Of a stretch of 64,000 bases of DNA, positions 17,101 through 31,670 are shown one piece after another. This stretch comes from Eledone cirrhosa (Eukaryota), in contig OZ024746.1 of the NCBI GenBank assembly GCA_964016885.1, positions 28,396,001 to 28,460,000 of the forward strand, in the 5' to 3' direction. The translations under genes were made by a program, and so were the position numbers. The notes below the pieces were generated by a model that was not told the DNA's origin, searched no databases, and saw nothing but the letters and a program-made list of their open reading frames with translations. How positions within the stretch are numbered: the first letter of the stretch is position 1; every line of letters begins with the position of its first letter.

Positions 17101-17514
17101 ATAATTGTTTCTACTTTAGGCACAAGGCCAGCAATTAACCAGTGTATTACTGGGACTTTATTTTATCGACCCCGTAAGGATGAAAGGCAAAGTTGACCTC
17201 GGCGGGATTAGAACTCAGAATGGAAAGGGACGTAACTCTATGCGTCAAAGCATGGGCGTCCGACCATCTACCGATACTGCCAATCCACCGCCCTTTTTTT
17301 TTTTATACAGGAACAACACTACTAATAATTGTTTCTACTTTAGGCAGAAGGCCAGCAATTAACCAGTGTATTACTGGTACTTTATTTTATCGCGCCCGTA
17401 AGGATGAAAGGCGAAGTCAACCTCGGCGGGATTTGAACTCAGACCACAAAGGGACATAACTATGCTGGAAAGCATGGCGTCCGACCCTCTACCGATACTG
17501 CCAATCCACCGCCC
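17101..17514 (-). mobile_element. Two tandem copies of the same SINE (duplicated at ~20997-21408)
   Basis: 17101-17293 and 17325-17514, in AAT/AAC microsatellite. Confidence 0.85.
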
Positions 17515-17966
17515 TTACACACTATTATAATAATATCAACAACGACAATAACAACAACAATAATAATAATAGTAACAAAAACAACAGTAATAAGCATAAC
17601 CCCCCCCCCCCCCCCAAAAAAAAAAAAATACATAAGTGAAGATATGTGAAAGAAGAGATGGGGTAAAAGAAGAAGGAAAATATAGAACAGTATTTTGATG
17701 GAAAACAATTGTGTTGTTTCTATATTGATAACAGTATGTGAAGTACTCCTCGGCTGGGAATGGGGGTGAATTTCAAATGATATTGGAACATGGCACCTGG
17801 TGTTATCATTGCTGGAATTATGCCATGTTGGCTATATAGTCTAACATATTTTTTCATAGTTTTACATGTGAGATTCCTCTCGTCTGTTGTGAATAATATA
17901 TTATATCTTATATCTTATATACCTAATACCTATGTGTGTAATGTAATGTGTATACGAGTGTTAGAA

Positions 17967-18024
<58 letters not shown>

Positions 18025-18043
18025 GTGTGTGTGTTTTTTATAT

Positions 18044-18089
<46 letters not shown>

Positions 18090-18249
18090 GTGTATATATA
18101 TAATATATATATATATATAATATATATATAATATATATATATAATATATATATAATATATATATATATATAATATATATATATTATATATATATAATATA
18201 TATATATATATAATATATATATATTATATATATAATATATATATATATA

Positions 18250-18280
<31 letters not shown>

Positions 18281-18312
18281 ATATATATATAATATATATA
18301 TAATATATATAT

Positions 18313-18393
<81 letters not shown>

Positions 18394-18421
18394 ATATATA
18401 TATAATATATATATAATATAT

Positions 18422-18527
<106 letters not shown>

Positions 18528-18541
18528 ATATATATATATAT

Positions 18542-18593
<52 letters not shown>

Positions 18594-18718
18594 ATATATA
18601 TATATATATATAATATATATATATATATAATATATATATATATATAATATAATATATGATATAAATATAATATATATATATATATAATATATATATATAT
18701 ATTATATATATAATGTGT

Positions 18719-18918
18719 NNNNNNNNNNNNNNNNNNNNNNNNNNNNNNNNNNNNNNNNNNNNNNNNNNNNNNNNNNNNNNNNNNNNNNNNNNNNNNNNNN
18801 NNNNNNNNNNNNNNNNNNNNNNNNNNNNNNNNNNNNNNNNNNNNNNNNNNNNNNNNNNNNNNNNNNNNNNNNNNNNNNNNNNNNNNNNNNNNNNNNNNNN
18901 NNNNNNNNNNNNNNNNNN
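18719..18918. other. Assembly gap (200 N)
   Basis: Run of n. Confidence 1.
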
Positions 18919-20479
18919 ACTCTGTGACACGCTGAATCACTCCGAGAATTATATTAATGTTACATACGAATGTCAGGAATGATCCGCCACTTGCAGACTA
19001 TCCGAACTGTTAAGAATTCGATTCTCAATCATTAAGTGCCGGTTATATCCCCAGAGTGACCCTGTCCTTGTGTGTCAAATAGGATAGACTGAAAGTGTAT
19101 GTACAGTGCTTGTAATTGAAGGCGCCATAATTGCCATAGATTGTGTCATACTAAATCCTCCTAAGAACCACATTAGTTGTATATATTTAGAATGCTCAGT
19201 CACTTTTACATTGATTTCTCCAACAATTTCCATTAAATGAACTAGAACACTAGTCGTCGAACCCGACGGAATACTGTTTCATTTCCACAATTCTTTACTG
19301 TTTACTAGATTTTATTTCGTAATCCGACAGTGGATATATTTGAACAATTTTAGATTTGCAGAATTACTCTACAGTTGTTTTATTCTTGTTCAATAACATC
19401 TACTCTGTCGTCCTTTCAAGCTGTCTATTTTAAAACCAGATTATTATTATTCATATTATTTGTATTATATTTCTGTCTTCCGTTGCTAATTCACTTTCTT
19501 TTCAGCTTAGAGAGTAGAATATAGTAATTATAATTTATTAGTAGAGTAGCGATAATATTTATACTTATTACCTTACTGTTGCCATTTAGATTTGTTTCAA
19601 GTATTAATCGAAAAAGTTTGTAATATCACTTGCTAACCTTTCATCCATGTATATATCTTCTCAATTATTCTGTCTAGTTCATTAATGCCAAAGTATTTAT
19701 TATGAATACGGGACTTTCATCAATTACGACGATGAGTGTGCTATTTGTTGGAACTACAGAATAGTCTTCTCGTAAAATAAACGTGCACGTGGGTTGAGCA
19801 TTCCACAAACGCATGTGTCCTTAACGTTGTTCTCAATAAAATGCGGTGTGACAAAATATGTGACAAGGTTTCTTACAGACGTGCCGCAGAGTCAATATTG
19901 GTTCGGCTGTATTACGTCTCGGTCTTAACCACTCTGTCCGTCAGCTACCTTGGATTCCACCCGAGAATACCTTCTATATTTACAGCTCTCAATATCTCCG
20001 GTGGAATTTCATCCTCACCAAAGGCTTTGCCACTCTTGAGCTCCTTAATTTTTCTGGTGTCTTCAGTTACTCTGAGATTAATCTTCTTCCCTAGATACAC
20101 CTTGTGCACATAAGAAAATTAACAAGTTTATGAGATTTTACGGGTGATAAAATAAATGTACCATGCAGTTGTTTTAGCTTCATCGCAGGGTCTCAGTGCA
20201 AGTCACATGTAAGAAAAGTACATATATATATATATATAGGGAAAAGTATGACTCCGACGGCAGAGCTCAAGCCGTTTCGACGGCTATTTCTGGACCCAGA
20301 TTTGTTGCTTGAGCTCTGCCGTCGGGGTCATACTTTTTCCTATTTCCCACTCTACTACACTAAGTATTGAGTACTATGGTGTGTTATGGTCCATCTGGTT
20401 CCTTACCACAATTCCTTTGTTATATATATCTATATATATATGTATATATACATACACACAAACACAGACACACACACAC

Positions 20480-20533
<54 letters not shown>

Positions 20534-21851
20534 ATATATATATGGTGTGGGTGGGGTGCATGTGTATAAGCATATAAACAGACACATTTACGTGATTCTC
20601 ATTTTAATGAAACATATTTGTTGCTTTATTCTCGAAAACCGACATGAGTTGTACATAGCCAAAAGGCACCACAACCGCATTCAGACACCTCCCTGCACGC
20701 ACACACACACACACATATATATACACACACACAGACACGTACAAACACACATACACACACATGTAAGGATGCATAATCACTCATAAACACACACACTCGC
20801 ACACATACCCACTCAGGCATACTCGCTCAGTCACATACATTTGCAACAACAGAACGTGAAAAGCAGCAACACCTTTCTAGAAATGCCTTAACGACAATAA
20901 CAACAACAACAACAATACTAATACTATCAACAACAACAACAACAATACTAATAATATCAACAACAACAACAACAACAGTGATAATATTACAAATAATAAT
21001 TGTTTCTACTTTAGGCACAAGGCCAGCAATTAACCAGTGTATTACTGGGACTTTATTTTATCGACCCCGTAAGGATGAAAGGCAAAGTTGACCTCGGCGG
21101 GATTAGAACTCAGAATGGAAAGGGACGTAACTCTATGCGTCAAAGCATGGCGTCCGACCATCTACCGATACTGCCAATCCACCGCCCTTTTTTTTTTATA
21201 CAGGAACAACACTACTAATAATTGTTTCTACATTAGGCAGAAGGCCAGCAATTAACCAGTGTATTACTGGTACTTTATTTTATCGCGCCCGTAAGGATGA
21301 AAGGCGAAGTCAACCTCGGCGGGATTTGAACTCAGACCACAAAGGGACATAACTATGCTGGAAAGCATGGCGTCCGACCCTCTACCGATACTGCCAATCC
21401 ACCGCCCTTACACACTACTAATAATAATATCAACAACGACAATAACAACAACAATAATAATAATAGTAACAAAAACAACAGTAATAAGCATAACCCCCCC
21501 CCCAAAAAAAAAAATACATAAGTGAAGATATGTGAAAGAAGAGATGGGTAAAAGAAGAAGGAAAATATAGAACAGTATTTTGATGGAAAACAATTGTGTT
21601 GTTTCTATATTGATAACAGTATGTGAAGTACTCCTCGGCTGGGAATGGGGGTGAATTTCAAATGATATTGGAACATGGCACCTGGTGTTATCATTGCTGG
21701 AATTATGCCATGTTGGCTATATAGTCTAACATATTTTTTCATAGTTTTACATGTGAGATTCCTCTCGTCTGTTGTGAATAATATATTATATCTTATATCT
21801 TATATACCTAATACCTATGTGTGTAATGTAATGTGTGTACGAGTGTTAGAA

Positions 21852-21941
<90 letters not shown>

Positions 21942-21950
21942 GTGTGTGTG

Positions 21951-22018
<68 letters not shown>

Positions 22019-22151
22019 ATGTGTATATATATAATATATATATATATAATATATATATAAATATATATATAATATATATATATAATATATATATAATATA
22101 TATATATATATAATATATATATATTATATATATAATATATATATATATATA

Positions 22152-22195
<44 letters not shown>

Positions 22196-22198
22196 TAT

Positions 22199-22271
<73 letters not shown>

Positions 22272-22281
22272 ATATATATAT

Positions 22282-22356
<75 letters not shown>

Positions 22357-22371
22357 ATATATATATAATAT

Positions 22372-22432
<61 letters not shown>

Positions 22433-22814
22433 ATATATATATATATATAATATATATATATATATAATATATATATGATATAAATATAATATATATATAT
22501 AATATATATATATATATTATATATATAATGTGTATGTGTGTTCGTATATATATATATATACATAAATATAATTCAGAATAGTTTTCCGAGGGGGTTCTGG
22601 AAAATACCACTGTTAAATGAGGTACTCAATACTTTGTAGAAAAGATAGATCTTTATTTCATATAGAAATAATTTCTATAAGAAGTGGTCTCCTACTGTAG
22701 AAGTCATTTCTAAATGTAATAGTAATACCTATATATCTATCTACCTACCTATCTAACTACCTGCCTACCTATATATCTATCTATCTATCTATCTAACTAA
22801 CTAACTAACCAACC

Positions 22815-22868
<54 letters not shown>

Positions 22869-22924
22869 GTTGATTTAAAACTGCATTATCCACAAGTGTT
22901 TTTAACCTTCATATCATGTCCTCC

Positions 22925-22995
22925 TATTTTATCTGATGAAAACACAAATGTTATTGCATGATGATATTTGTTTTTGAAATGCGCATAATAAAATA
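22925..22995 (+). ncRNA. Type-I hammerhead ribozyme on ~160-bp island between (TA)n
   Basis: tattttat CTGATGA [aaacacaaatgttat..atgatatttgtttt] GAAA tgcgca TA ataaaata; 8-bp stem I, palindromic stem III. Confidence 0.85.
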
Positions 22996-23025
22996 CATGG
23001 AACTCATTTAACCATCTTTTGATCT

Positions 23026-23087
<62 letters not shown>

Positions 23088-23414
23088 TAATAAAAATAAT
23101 GAATAAAAACAAAGAAACAGTTCCTTATGTTAAAAAATTCATCATTTTACGATCGTTTCTAGGATATATATGTGTGTGTTGGTATGTATATCATATAGAT
23201 CTATGTAAAGATTTTTACAAACTATGAGAGGGAATATACATACCTACACATATATATGCTGTCTTCAGAAATAATGTATATATAATAATGTATATATATA
23301 TATATATATTTCCTCAGTGAATTAACAACCCAACAAGGAACTGGGCATATCAGAGTATTGGCAATATTATACACCTAAACAACATATGTACTTGTCTATA
23401 CCATACTAATTCAA

Positions 23415-23469
23415 ACTGCCTGAAGAGGTCACAGCCAAAGATGGCTGTCACTGAAATATATATAGCAGT
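23415..23469 (+). ncRNA. Type-I hammerhead ribozyme followed by AATAAA
   Basis: actgc CTGAAGA ggtcacagcca-aaga-tggctgtcact GAAA tatata TA gcagt aataaa. Confidence 0.85.
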
Positions 23470-23513
23470 AATAAACGAAGCTAAATTTTAATCATTTGAC
23501 TTTTATTTAACTT

Positions 23514-23576
<63 letters not shown>

Positions 23577-23579
<3 letters not shown>

Positions 23580-23770
23580 CGAAGGAAATGTGGTAAGGAA
23601 CCAGGTGGACCATAACGCACCAAAGTACTCAATACTTAGGGTAGTAGAGTGGGTAATAGGAACAAGTAAGACCCTGACGGCTGAGCTCAAGCCGTTTCGA
23701 CGGCTAATTCTGTCCAGAATTAGCCGTCGAAACGGCTTGAGCTCAGCCGTCGGGGTCTTACTTGTTCCTA
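23577..23770 (-). mobile_element. Short fold-back copy of the HHR repeat family in (TA)n
   Basis: Palindrome 23657-23770 plus tail. Confidence 0.85.
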
Positions 23771-23961
23771 TATATATATATATATATATATATATAAGCA
23801 CACACACACACACACAGAAGAACACACACACACATATATATATATATACAAAACTTTCCTCTCAGACCAAGACATAATTCTCTGTAACCTAAATTCCACC
23901 AGTCAAATGTTACACCCAATGACCTCTCTCCAGCCCACCCATTTCATAACGGATCATCATA

Positions 23962-24156
23962 ATGCTAACTGCGATGCAATCATTCACCACTGGTCTTTCC
24001 CACACATATATGCACACCTTCACTAATATTAAAACAGTTTGGCAGATATTTATAGACGCTGTTACAAACGTATCTGCAAAACATACTCCATCACGATCTG
24101 TTAACAAAACTAAGTGCGGAATCCTCATAAATAGAAATACCTTTATCAAAAAATAA
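23962..24156 (+). pseudogene. Possible CR1/L2-type LINE linker remnant
   Basis: VWQIFIDAVTNVSAKHTPSRS resembles W..F...I....H.P linker. Confidence 0.35.
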
Positions 24157-24199
24157 ATGTCTCTTCTTCTTCTTCTTCTTCTTCTTCTTCTTCTTCTTC

Positions 24200-24230
<31 letters not shown>

Positions 24231-24682
24231 TTTATTTTTATTTTTATTTTTATTTTTCATTCCGTGTGTTCCGATGTGTCCACCGAGAGAGCGAACGGCA
24301 ATTTGCTGTAAAAATTGTGGAATCTCGATCCTAAGGTTGTTTTTCATGGTAGTACTGGCGCATCCACTATCATTAAAACACATGAAAAACACTTCTATAA
24401 GATACACACTAGCAGGAGACCAGCTAGACCTGCGTAGGTGGAGTCGGGACATTATAATTGTGGAGCTAATTTTGTAACCTGTGTCCACTGGTCTTATGAC
24501 AATACGGATAATTCCACATTGTTCGATGCGACTTATTATGGAGGATGGAAGTAGCTGGAAGTAACCTGAGATATTTTGGTTGAATGATAGAAAACTCTGA
24601 TTTATTGTCATCTAAGAAATGTGAAGCACAAAGTATAATGTAGTTTTTCATAAACATTTTAATTTGGTTGTCGTTTTCTCTA

Positions 24683-25105
24683 ATAATTGTTTCTACATTT
24701 GGCAAAAGTCCAGCAATTATTCCAGTGTATTAGGTGGTACTTTATTTTATCGACCCCGTAAGGATGAAAGGCAAAGTTAACCTCGGCGATATTTGAACTC
24801 AGCCCATAAAGGGCCGTAACTCTTTGCTGCAATGGATGGCGTAAGACACTCTACCGATACTGCCATTCCACCAATAACCATTAGTTAACAGCGGTTACTG
24901 ACAACATGAGTCTTAATTATGGTTTCTGATTCAGGCACCAAGTCAACAATTTCGGAAGGAAGGGAAAAGTCGATTAATTTGACCTCAGTGCGTTACTGGT
25001 ATTTTATTTTATCGATGAAATACAGAAGTAGCTTCGGCGGAATTTGAACTTAAAATGTAAAGGGACATATCTCTATGACACGAAGCATGTTATCCGATGC
25101 TCCAC
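24683..25105 (-). mobile_element. Two SINE copies (24683-24872 and a diverged one at ~24918-25105)
   Basis: Core and tail matches. Confidence 0.75.
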
Positions 25106-25290
25106 CTGTAATAACAGTACCATCAACATTAGTATCAACAAGGATAACAACTATAAAAACAACAATAACAACAACTATAAAATATATGCAATACTAAACG
25201 GCAAATTCTGACACTCCGCCAGCATGATCAAAACCATAACGATGTAAACTTTAAAAAGATAATAAAAATATCGACTATATACTGAACACA

Positions 25291-25334
<44 letters not shown>

Positions 25335-25415
25335 TACATACATACATACATACATATTATTTATATATATATATATATGTGTGTGCATCTGTATGCATAT
25401 TTATATATATATATA

Positions 25416-25917
25416 TAGGAAAAAGTATGACCCCGACGGCAGAGCTCAAGCCGTTTCGACGGCTATTTCTGGACTAAATTAGAATTTTTAGCCTGGTGAA
25501 TAAATAGCCAAACTTTTCAAGGGGGTACTTCCTTATATGGAAAGATTGTAGTTGTCAAGAGGATTGGTTAAAATTTGTTGTAAACACAAATAAGTCTATC
25601 ATGGCATTTGGGGGGTGGTAGGGGTGGCTGATTTGCCTGTAGAACAATAGGGGTGTGAGTGGAGCGGTCAAGCGTTGAAAGTGATATGTATACAACAGAT
25701 TCTAAGGATAGTGTTTGAAGAGGAGGAGGGAGGTTATAGAATAGGTAAATTTATTCACCAGGCTAAAAATTCTAATTTAGTCCATAGACAGCCATCGTAA
25801 CGGCTTGAGCTCTGCCGTCGGGGTCATACTTTTTCCTATTTCCAACGCTACTACCCTAAGTATTCAGTACTCTGGTGCGTTATGGTCCATCTGGTTCCTT
25901 ACCACAATTCTTTGTTA
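25416..25917. mobile_element. HHR repeat family copy with long inverted arm
   Basis: 25416-~25750 minus orientation, ~25748-25917 plus orientation. Confidence 0.85.
25431..25524 (-). ncRNA. Hammerhead ribozyme with U3:A8 compensatory core (UUGAAAA)
   Basis: cccc TTGAAAA gtttggctattt...aaatagccgtc GAAA cggc-ttgagctct-gccg TC gggg. Confidence 0.75.
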
Positions 25918-26423
25918 TATGTATATTTAACCATTCTGTTGAGAGCTTTATCCGATTTGTGATATTTTGCATTCTCGCAATATTATACGCAACTGAATCC
26001 TTCGCCTAATGGAGGTGTTGCCTCCCTTGCTGAACTCCACGTGGGGTCAGTAATAGCCACACTATCTATAGCATTTTGGAGCAAAACCCGTTGATAACAC
26101 GACTTCCTTGTTCATCATCTCACCAGAAGCCCAACATTCTTTATGTAGGCGGACAGTACCTGATTTTGGAGTCGCAGAAACCAATACTGGATTTTACCAA
26201 CAGTCCAGGGTCCGGGAAAGTATCAACACATATATCTTTATTGTTTGACCCGAATTACTTAGTCGTTTGTTTTGGCTGTGCGGATGATATGTTTAACCAT
26301 CATCTCAGTGAGTTTGGCCCTTAACGTATGTTGTAGCTCTGATTCATATGAATCATCGAGCGCTTGCCACACATATCGGACGTTGATTTTCGTTAATTCC
26401 TGAGCTGAAAACGATTCTCGCTA

Positions 26424-26496
<73 letters not shown>

Positions 26497-26537
26497 CATA
26501 TATAAATATACATACCGATGCACACACATATATATAG

Positions 26538-26664
<127 letters not shown>

Positions 26665-26941
26665 ATTATAACAATCTAACAGAAGAGGAAAAAAACGATT
26701 CTATATATTGAAAAATGTGACATTAACACCGACAAAGTGCTCTTACTAAGATTTATATTTAATTTCAAGACATAACACTGATTTTTTGTGCCTTTCTGTA
26801 TGCGTGTGTGTGTATCTCGTGATGTTTGTGCGTATAGGCTTGTGAGTCTGTGTTTTTTAACTCATATACCGTAGACGAACCGAAGCCCACACGTGTGGCA
26901 AAATCAAGGAAATATATTATAAACGACAAAAGATACTATCA

Positions 26942-27124
<183 letters not shown>

Positions 27125-27146
27125 TATATATATATATAATATATAT

Positions 27147-27566
<420 letters not shown>

Positions 27567-27646
27567 ATTTATATATATATATATTTATATATATATATAT
27601 TTATATATATATATATTTATATATATATATATTTATATATATATAT

Positions 27647-27749
<103 letters not shown>

Positions 27750-27757
27750 TATATATA

Positions 27758-27864
<107 letters not shown>

Positions 27865-27891
27865 TTTTATATATATATATTTATATATATA

Positions 27892-27968
<77 letters not shown>

Positions 27969-28022
27969 CGTTTCTGAATTTGTTTAGCAAGATTCTTTAT
28001 CTGAAATCGTGTGTTGAAACCG

Positions 28023-28951
28023 ATATTGTTATACTTTGGGAGGGTCATGTTGCCAATAAGAAACACACGCACCAGTTGCTTTCACTTCAATTTAATTTAA
28101 TATATATTTATAAATTTACAAATTTATAAATTTCTGGTTGGTTGGTTGGTTCCACAACCAGATAGTTGTTTATATATATATAGTCATAGTTCTTTCGTCA
28201 CACACTCTGTGACCTCTTCAGTGACTGGGGATTTCTTTCTTCGTTTCTGTGCCTTTCCTTTCTTCTATCCTACGCCATTTTGTTTGTGTGTGGGTTGCGT
28301 GCTCAGTTTGCGCATGCGCCACATCCGGGTGTCTGTGTGTGTTTGTGTTCATTTTTCTATTTTTCTATTTATATTTGTTTGTTTATTTATTTATTTATTG
28401 TTGGTTGGTTGTTTGTTCTATGTGTGTGTGTGTTTTCATTTTGTCTTGTGTGTGTTTTCATTTTGTGTGTGTTTTCAATTGTAAGTTGTTTATATATGTG
28501 TGTGTGTGTTTTCATTTTGTCCTTAATTGTAAGTTGTGATGTTGCTGTTCCACTCATATTTTCTATTTAATTTTGGTTTTAATTCTTTTATGCTTACTGC
28601 CTCTGTAATTTGCCTAAACATTGCGTCTTTCTTGTGTGTGGATTCTATTTTTATTTCTATGCTCTCTAATTTACCCCTGTGTTCTATCTTAGCATGTTGG
28701 TAGAGCACAGATGATTCTTTACTATCTTGGAGGTCTCGCCAGTGTTCATTTATTCGTTCCCCTATACTACGAGCTGTCTCACCTATGTACACTATATTTT
28801 TGTTTCTACATTGTCCCTCAGTACATCTTATGCTATATACTACATTTCTAGTTTTACAGTTAATATGGGGGCTTATTTTGCAGGTTATACATTTCTTATC
28901 TATACATGAGGGTCTTTGGAACGGGTATGTCTTGCTAATAAGTGTTTTTAC
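28023..28951 (-). repeat. Inverted pseudo-LTR (929 bp) of the PLE
   Basis: Position x mirrors 60193-x; identical mirrored ORFs in the track (28146..28484 + and 31709..32047 -). Confidence 0.95.
28182..28226 (-). ncRNA. Hammerhead ribozyme, inverted pLTR copy
   Basis: Reverse complement of 31967-32011. Confidence 0.85.
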
Positions 28952-28973
28952 AACAACAACACACACACATTCA

Positions 28974-31670
28974 ATGCCTCTCACCACCACTACAATCTTA
29001 ACAAACACACAGACACAGAAAACAAGTAATGACAGTAGCACAGAAATCAGAGAAATAAGAGAAAGTAATAGGATTAAAAGGAGTAGGGAGACTAAGGACA
29101 AAGAGAATAACCAAGACGAACACACAGACACACAAAATAGGGTAGATAACAACATTGAGCCAGTGGAAAGAGACAGGAGTAATTATGAGAGACATAGAAA
29201 CAACCATGAAGCTGAGGCTGCTGCTGTTGGTGGAAATAGAAACAACACAACTAACAATAGCGCAAGTACACATAAAGCAGCAGCCTGGAACTCTCCGTTT
29301 TATAATCCCTCCGATAAATCATTCGACCTACGACGAGTCCACGCCACGACTTTGCCATTTAACAAACGCACGCAGTTGCCGTCGCAGGTCGATGAACAAA
29401 CAGAAGCACAATTTAGTATAGCTAAATCCGAACTTAGAAATATTATAGAACAGTATAGCAAGAAGCATAATAGAATAGAGGCCCAGCAACTGGGAGAAGA
29501 ATCTGCAAATGGCTTGCGTAAGCTCATGCAGCGCTCGCGTAATGGAGAGATAGCATGCTTTCCAACAGACAAGTCTGGCAGAATGTCGGTTGACAGCCTG
29601 CCAAACTACATCCAGGCAATGCAACCCCACATCACTAACACAAGAGAGGTAACACCACAGGAGCATGAGGACAGAGAAAAAACCCTCAATGCCCATATGG
29701 TGATGTGGACAAATATAATGCAGCCCAACAAAAGGACTGCCAACAACTTCCAGGCCTGGAACAATGACGTGCCGGCGTTGTATGGGCTTCGAAAGGACCA
29801 TAAAACGGGCTGGGACCCTGTCGCGGGACCACCAACACGGCCAGTCTGTGGGGCTAACATTGCTAGTAACTACAGACTGTCCTACTTCCTCTCCCTGATC
29901 ATACGCCCCATCATTGAGATGTCCCCAGATGTGTGTGACAGCACGGAGGACCTCCTCAGCAGAATCGACGCGGGTAACCGATCTGGGGACCTAACAAACT
30001 GCATAATAGGCAGTATGGATGTTGTGTCCCTGTATCCATCTATTGACGTGGATTTTGCTGTGGAGAAATGCGTCGAAATGATCAGCGAGAGCAAGGTTGA
30101 GTTCCGTGGGATTGATACCAGTGAGCTGGGACTTCTACTTAAGCTTACCCATAGTAATAGTTACCTAGACACTTATGACCTTAGCAACCTGTGCCCTACA
30201 AGACCAGCAAGAGGCAGACCACCTACCATTACCTCAATGGCCAAGAAAACCCACACAGATAGATGGAACGGGTGGACCAGAGCCATACGGACCCCCGAAA
30301 ACCACGATGAACTGAAGAAAATGATTGCACATGCGGTAGGGGCCAGCATAAAATTAACCCTTAAGGAACATATGTTCAAATTTAATGGTAAAACATATGC
30401 CCAAGAGGAAGGAGCAGCCATTGGTGTTAGCATTGCAGGCGACATAGCTAACTTGTTCATGGTATGGTGGGACAGTAGACTTAAACAAAAACTTAAAGAA
30501 CAATTAGAAGACAGATTAACCCTGATAATGTACTCCCGCTACGTAGATGATATAAACATCGTAGTTAAGACACCCCCACTAAAGAACAGTCAGGAACCTG
30601 AGAAAAACACAATGGAAAGCATCCAGCAAATAGCAAACTCCATCCACCAGAGCATTAGAGTTACTATAGACTACCCAAGTAGACACCCCAACCATCGATT
30701 ACCTGTACTAGACACAGAGCTCTGGTTAGATACTATTAACAACCAAAAACAAATCCTCCATTCCCATTATGCCAAACCCATGACTTCCAAACATCTGATC
30801 CACCGAAACTCGGCCATTTCGGACCATACCAAAATCAACATACTGATTGCGGATTTGATACGGGTGATGAGAAATGTGTCCCGCATGTGCAACCCCGAAG
30901 AACTAGAGAGACACATACAACACTTCATCCACCGTATGCAGTTCTCTGGCTACAATCAGAGAGATAGAATCAGAGTGTATAAAGGAGCCAGAACCAAATG
31001 GGAAAAAATGGTAAATAATGACATAAATGGGACCTGCCCCTTGTATAGGAGCAAATTTTGGAATAGAATAGAAAGAACTAAGAACAAGGCCAATAGAATA
31101 AACTCATGGTATGATAGCAATAAATACCAGAGTGTAATGTTCATCAATACAACCCCTAGAGGTGAACTAGCCTACAAATTTAGAAGGGCCCTAAAGAAAC
31201 ATAATCTCAATATTAAGATAGTAGAAAGACCTGGTACCTCCGTAAAAACACTTATTAGCAAGACATACCCGTTCCAAAGACCCTCATGTATAGATAAGAA
31301 ATGTATAACCTGCAAAATAAGCCCCCATATTAACTGTAAAACTAGAAATGTAGTATATAGCATAAGATGTACTGAGGGACAATGTAGAAACAAAAATATA
31401 GTGTACATAGGTGAGACAGCTCGTAGTATAGGGGAACGAATAAATGAACACTGGCGAGACCTCCAAGATAGTAAAGAATCATCTGTGCTCTACCAACATG
31501 CTAAGATAGAACACAGGGGTAAATTAGAGAGCATAGAAATAAAAATAGAATCCACACACAAGAAAGACGCAATGTTTAGGCAAATTACAGAGGCAGTAAG
31601 CATAAAAGAATTAAAACCAAAATTAAATAGAAAATATGAGTGGAACAGCAACATCACAACTTACAATTAA
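28974..31670 (+). CDS. PLE reverse transcriptase-GIY-YIG endonuclease (~898 aa; possibly Naiad-like clade)
   Basis: Motifs PTDKSG, LYGLRKDHK, TRPV, SMDVVSLYPSI, QEEGAAIG, RYVDD, LPVLD; linker CIDKKCITC; VVY..C..C..YIGETAR..R..EH..H. First 63 aa of track ORF 28785 are mostly antisense pLTR; first ATG beyond the inversion is 28974 (true N-terminus may be truncated). Confidence 0.92.
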   Translation: MPLTTTTILTNTQTQKTSNDSSTEIREIRESNRIKRSRETKDKENNQDEHTDTQNRVDNNIEPVERDRSNYERHRNNHEAEAAAVGGNRNNTTNNSASTHKAAAWNSPFYNPSDKSFDLRRVHATTLPFNKRTQLPSQVDEQTEAQFSIAKSELRNIIEQYSKKHNRIEAQQLGEESANGLRKLMQRSRNGEIACFPTDKSGRMSVDSLPNYIQAMQPHITNTREVTPQEHEDREKTLNAHMVMWTNIMQPNKRTANNFQAWNNDVPALYGLRKDHKTGWDPVAGPPTRPVCGANIASNYRLSYFLSLIIRPIIEMSPDVCDSTEDLLSRIDAGNRSGDLTNCIIGSMDVVSLYPSIDVDFAVEKCVEMISESKVEFRGIDTSELGLLLKLTHSNSYLDTYDLSNLCPTRPARGRPPTITSMAKKTHTDRWNGWTRAIRTPENHDELKKMIAHAVGASIKLTLKEHMFKFNGKTYAQEEGAAIGVSIAGDIANLFMVWWDSRLKQKLKEQLEDRLTLIMYSRYVDDINIVVKTPPLKNSQEPEKNTMESIQQIANSIHQSIRVTIDYPSRHPNHRLPVLDTELWLDTINNQKQILHSHYAKPMTSKHLIHRNSAISDHTKINILIADLIRVMRNVSRMCNPEELERHIQHFIHRMQFSGYNQRDRIRVYKGARTKWEKMVNNDINGTCPLYRSKFWNRIERTKNKANRINSWYDSNKYQSVMFINTTPRGELAYKFRRALKKHNLNIKIVERPGTSVKTLISKTYPFQRPSCIDKKCITCKISPHINCKTRNVVYSIRCTEGQCRNKNIVYIGETARSIGERINEHWRDLQDSKESSVLYQHAKIEHRGKLESIEIKIESTHKKDAMFRQITEAVSIKELKPKLNRKYEWNSNITTYN

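Noticed and set aside
24260-24600. Possible decayed RLE-element 3' end on minus strand
   Set aside because: Only faint motif resemblance (WNYP, YLIEV)
28523-29155. 210-aa minus-strand GIY-YIG ORF as a separate nuclease gene
   Set aside because: Read-through into the inverted pLTR copy of the PLE C-terminus
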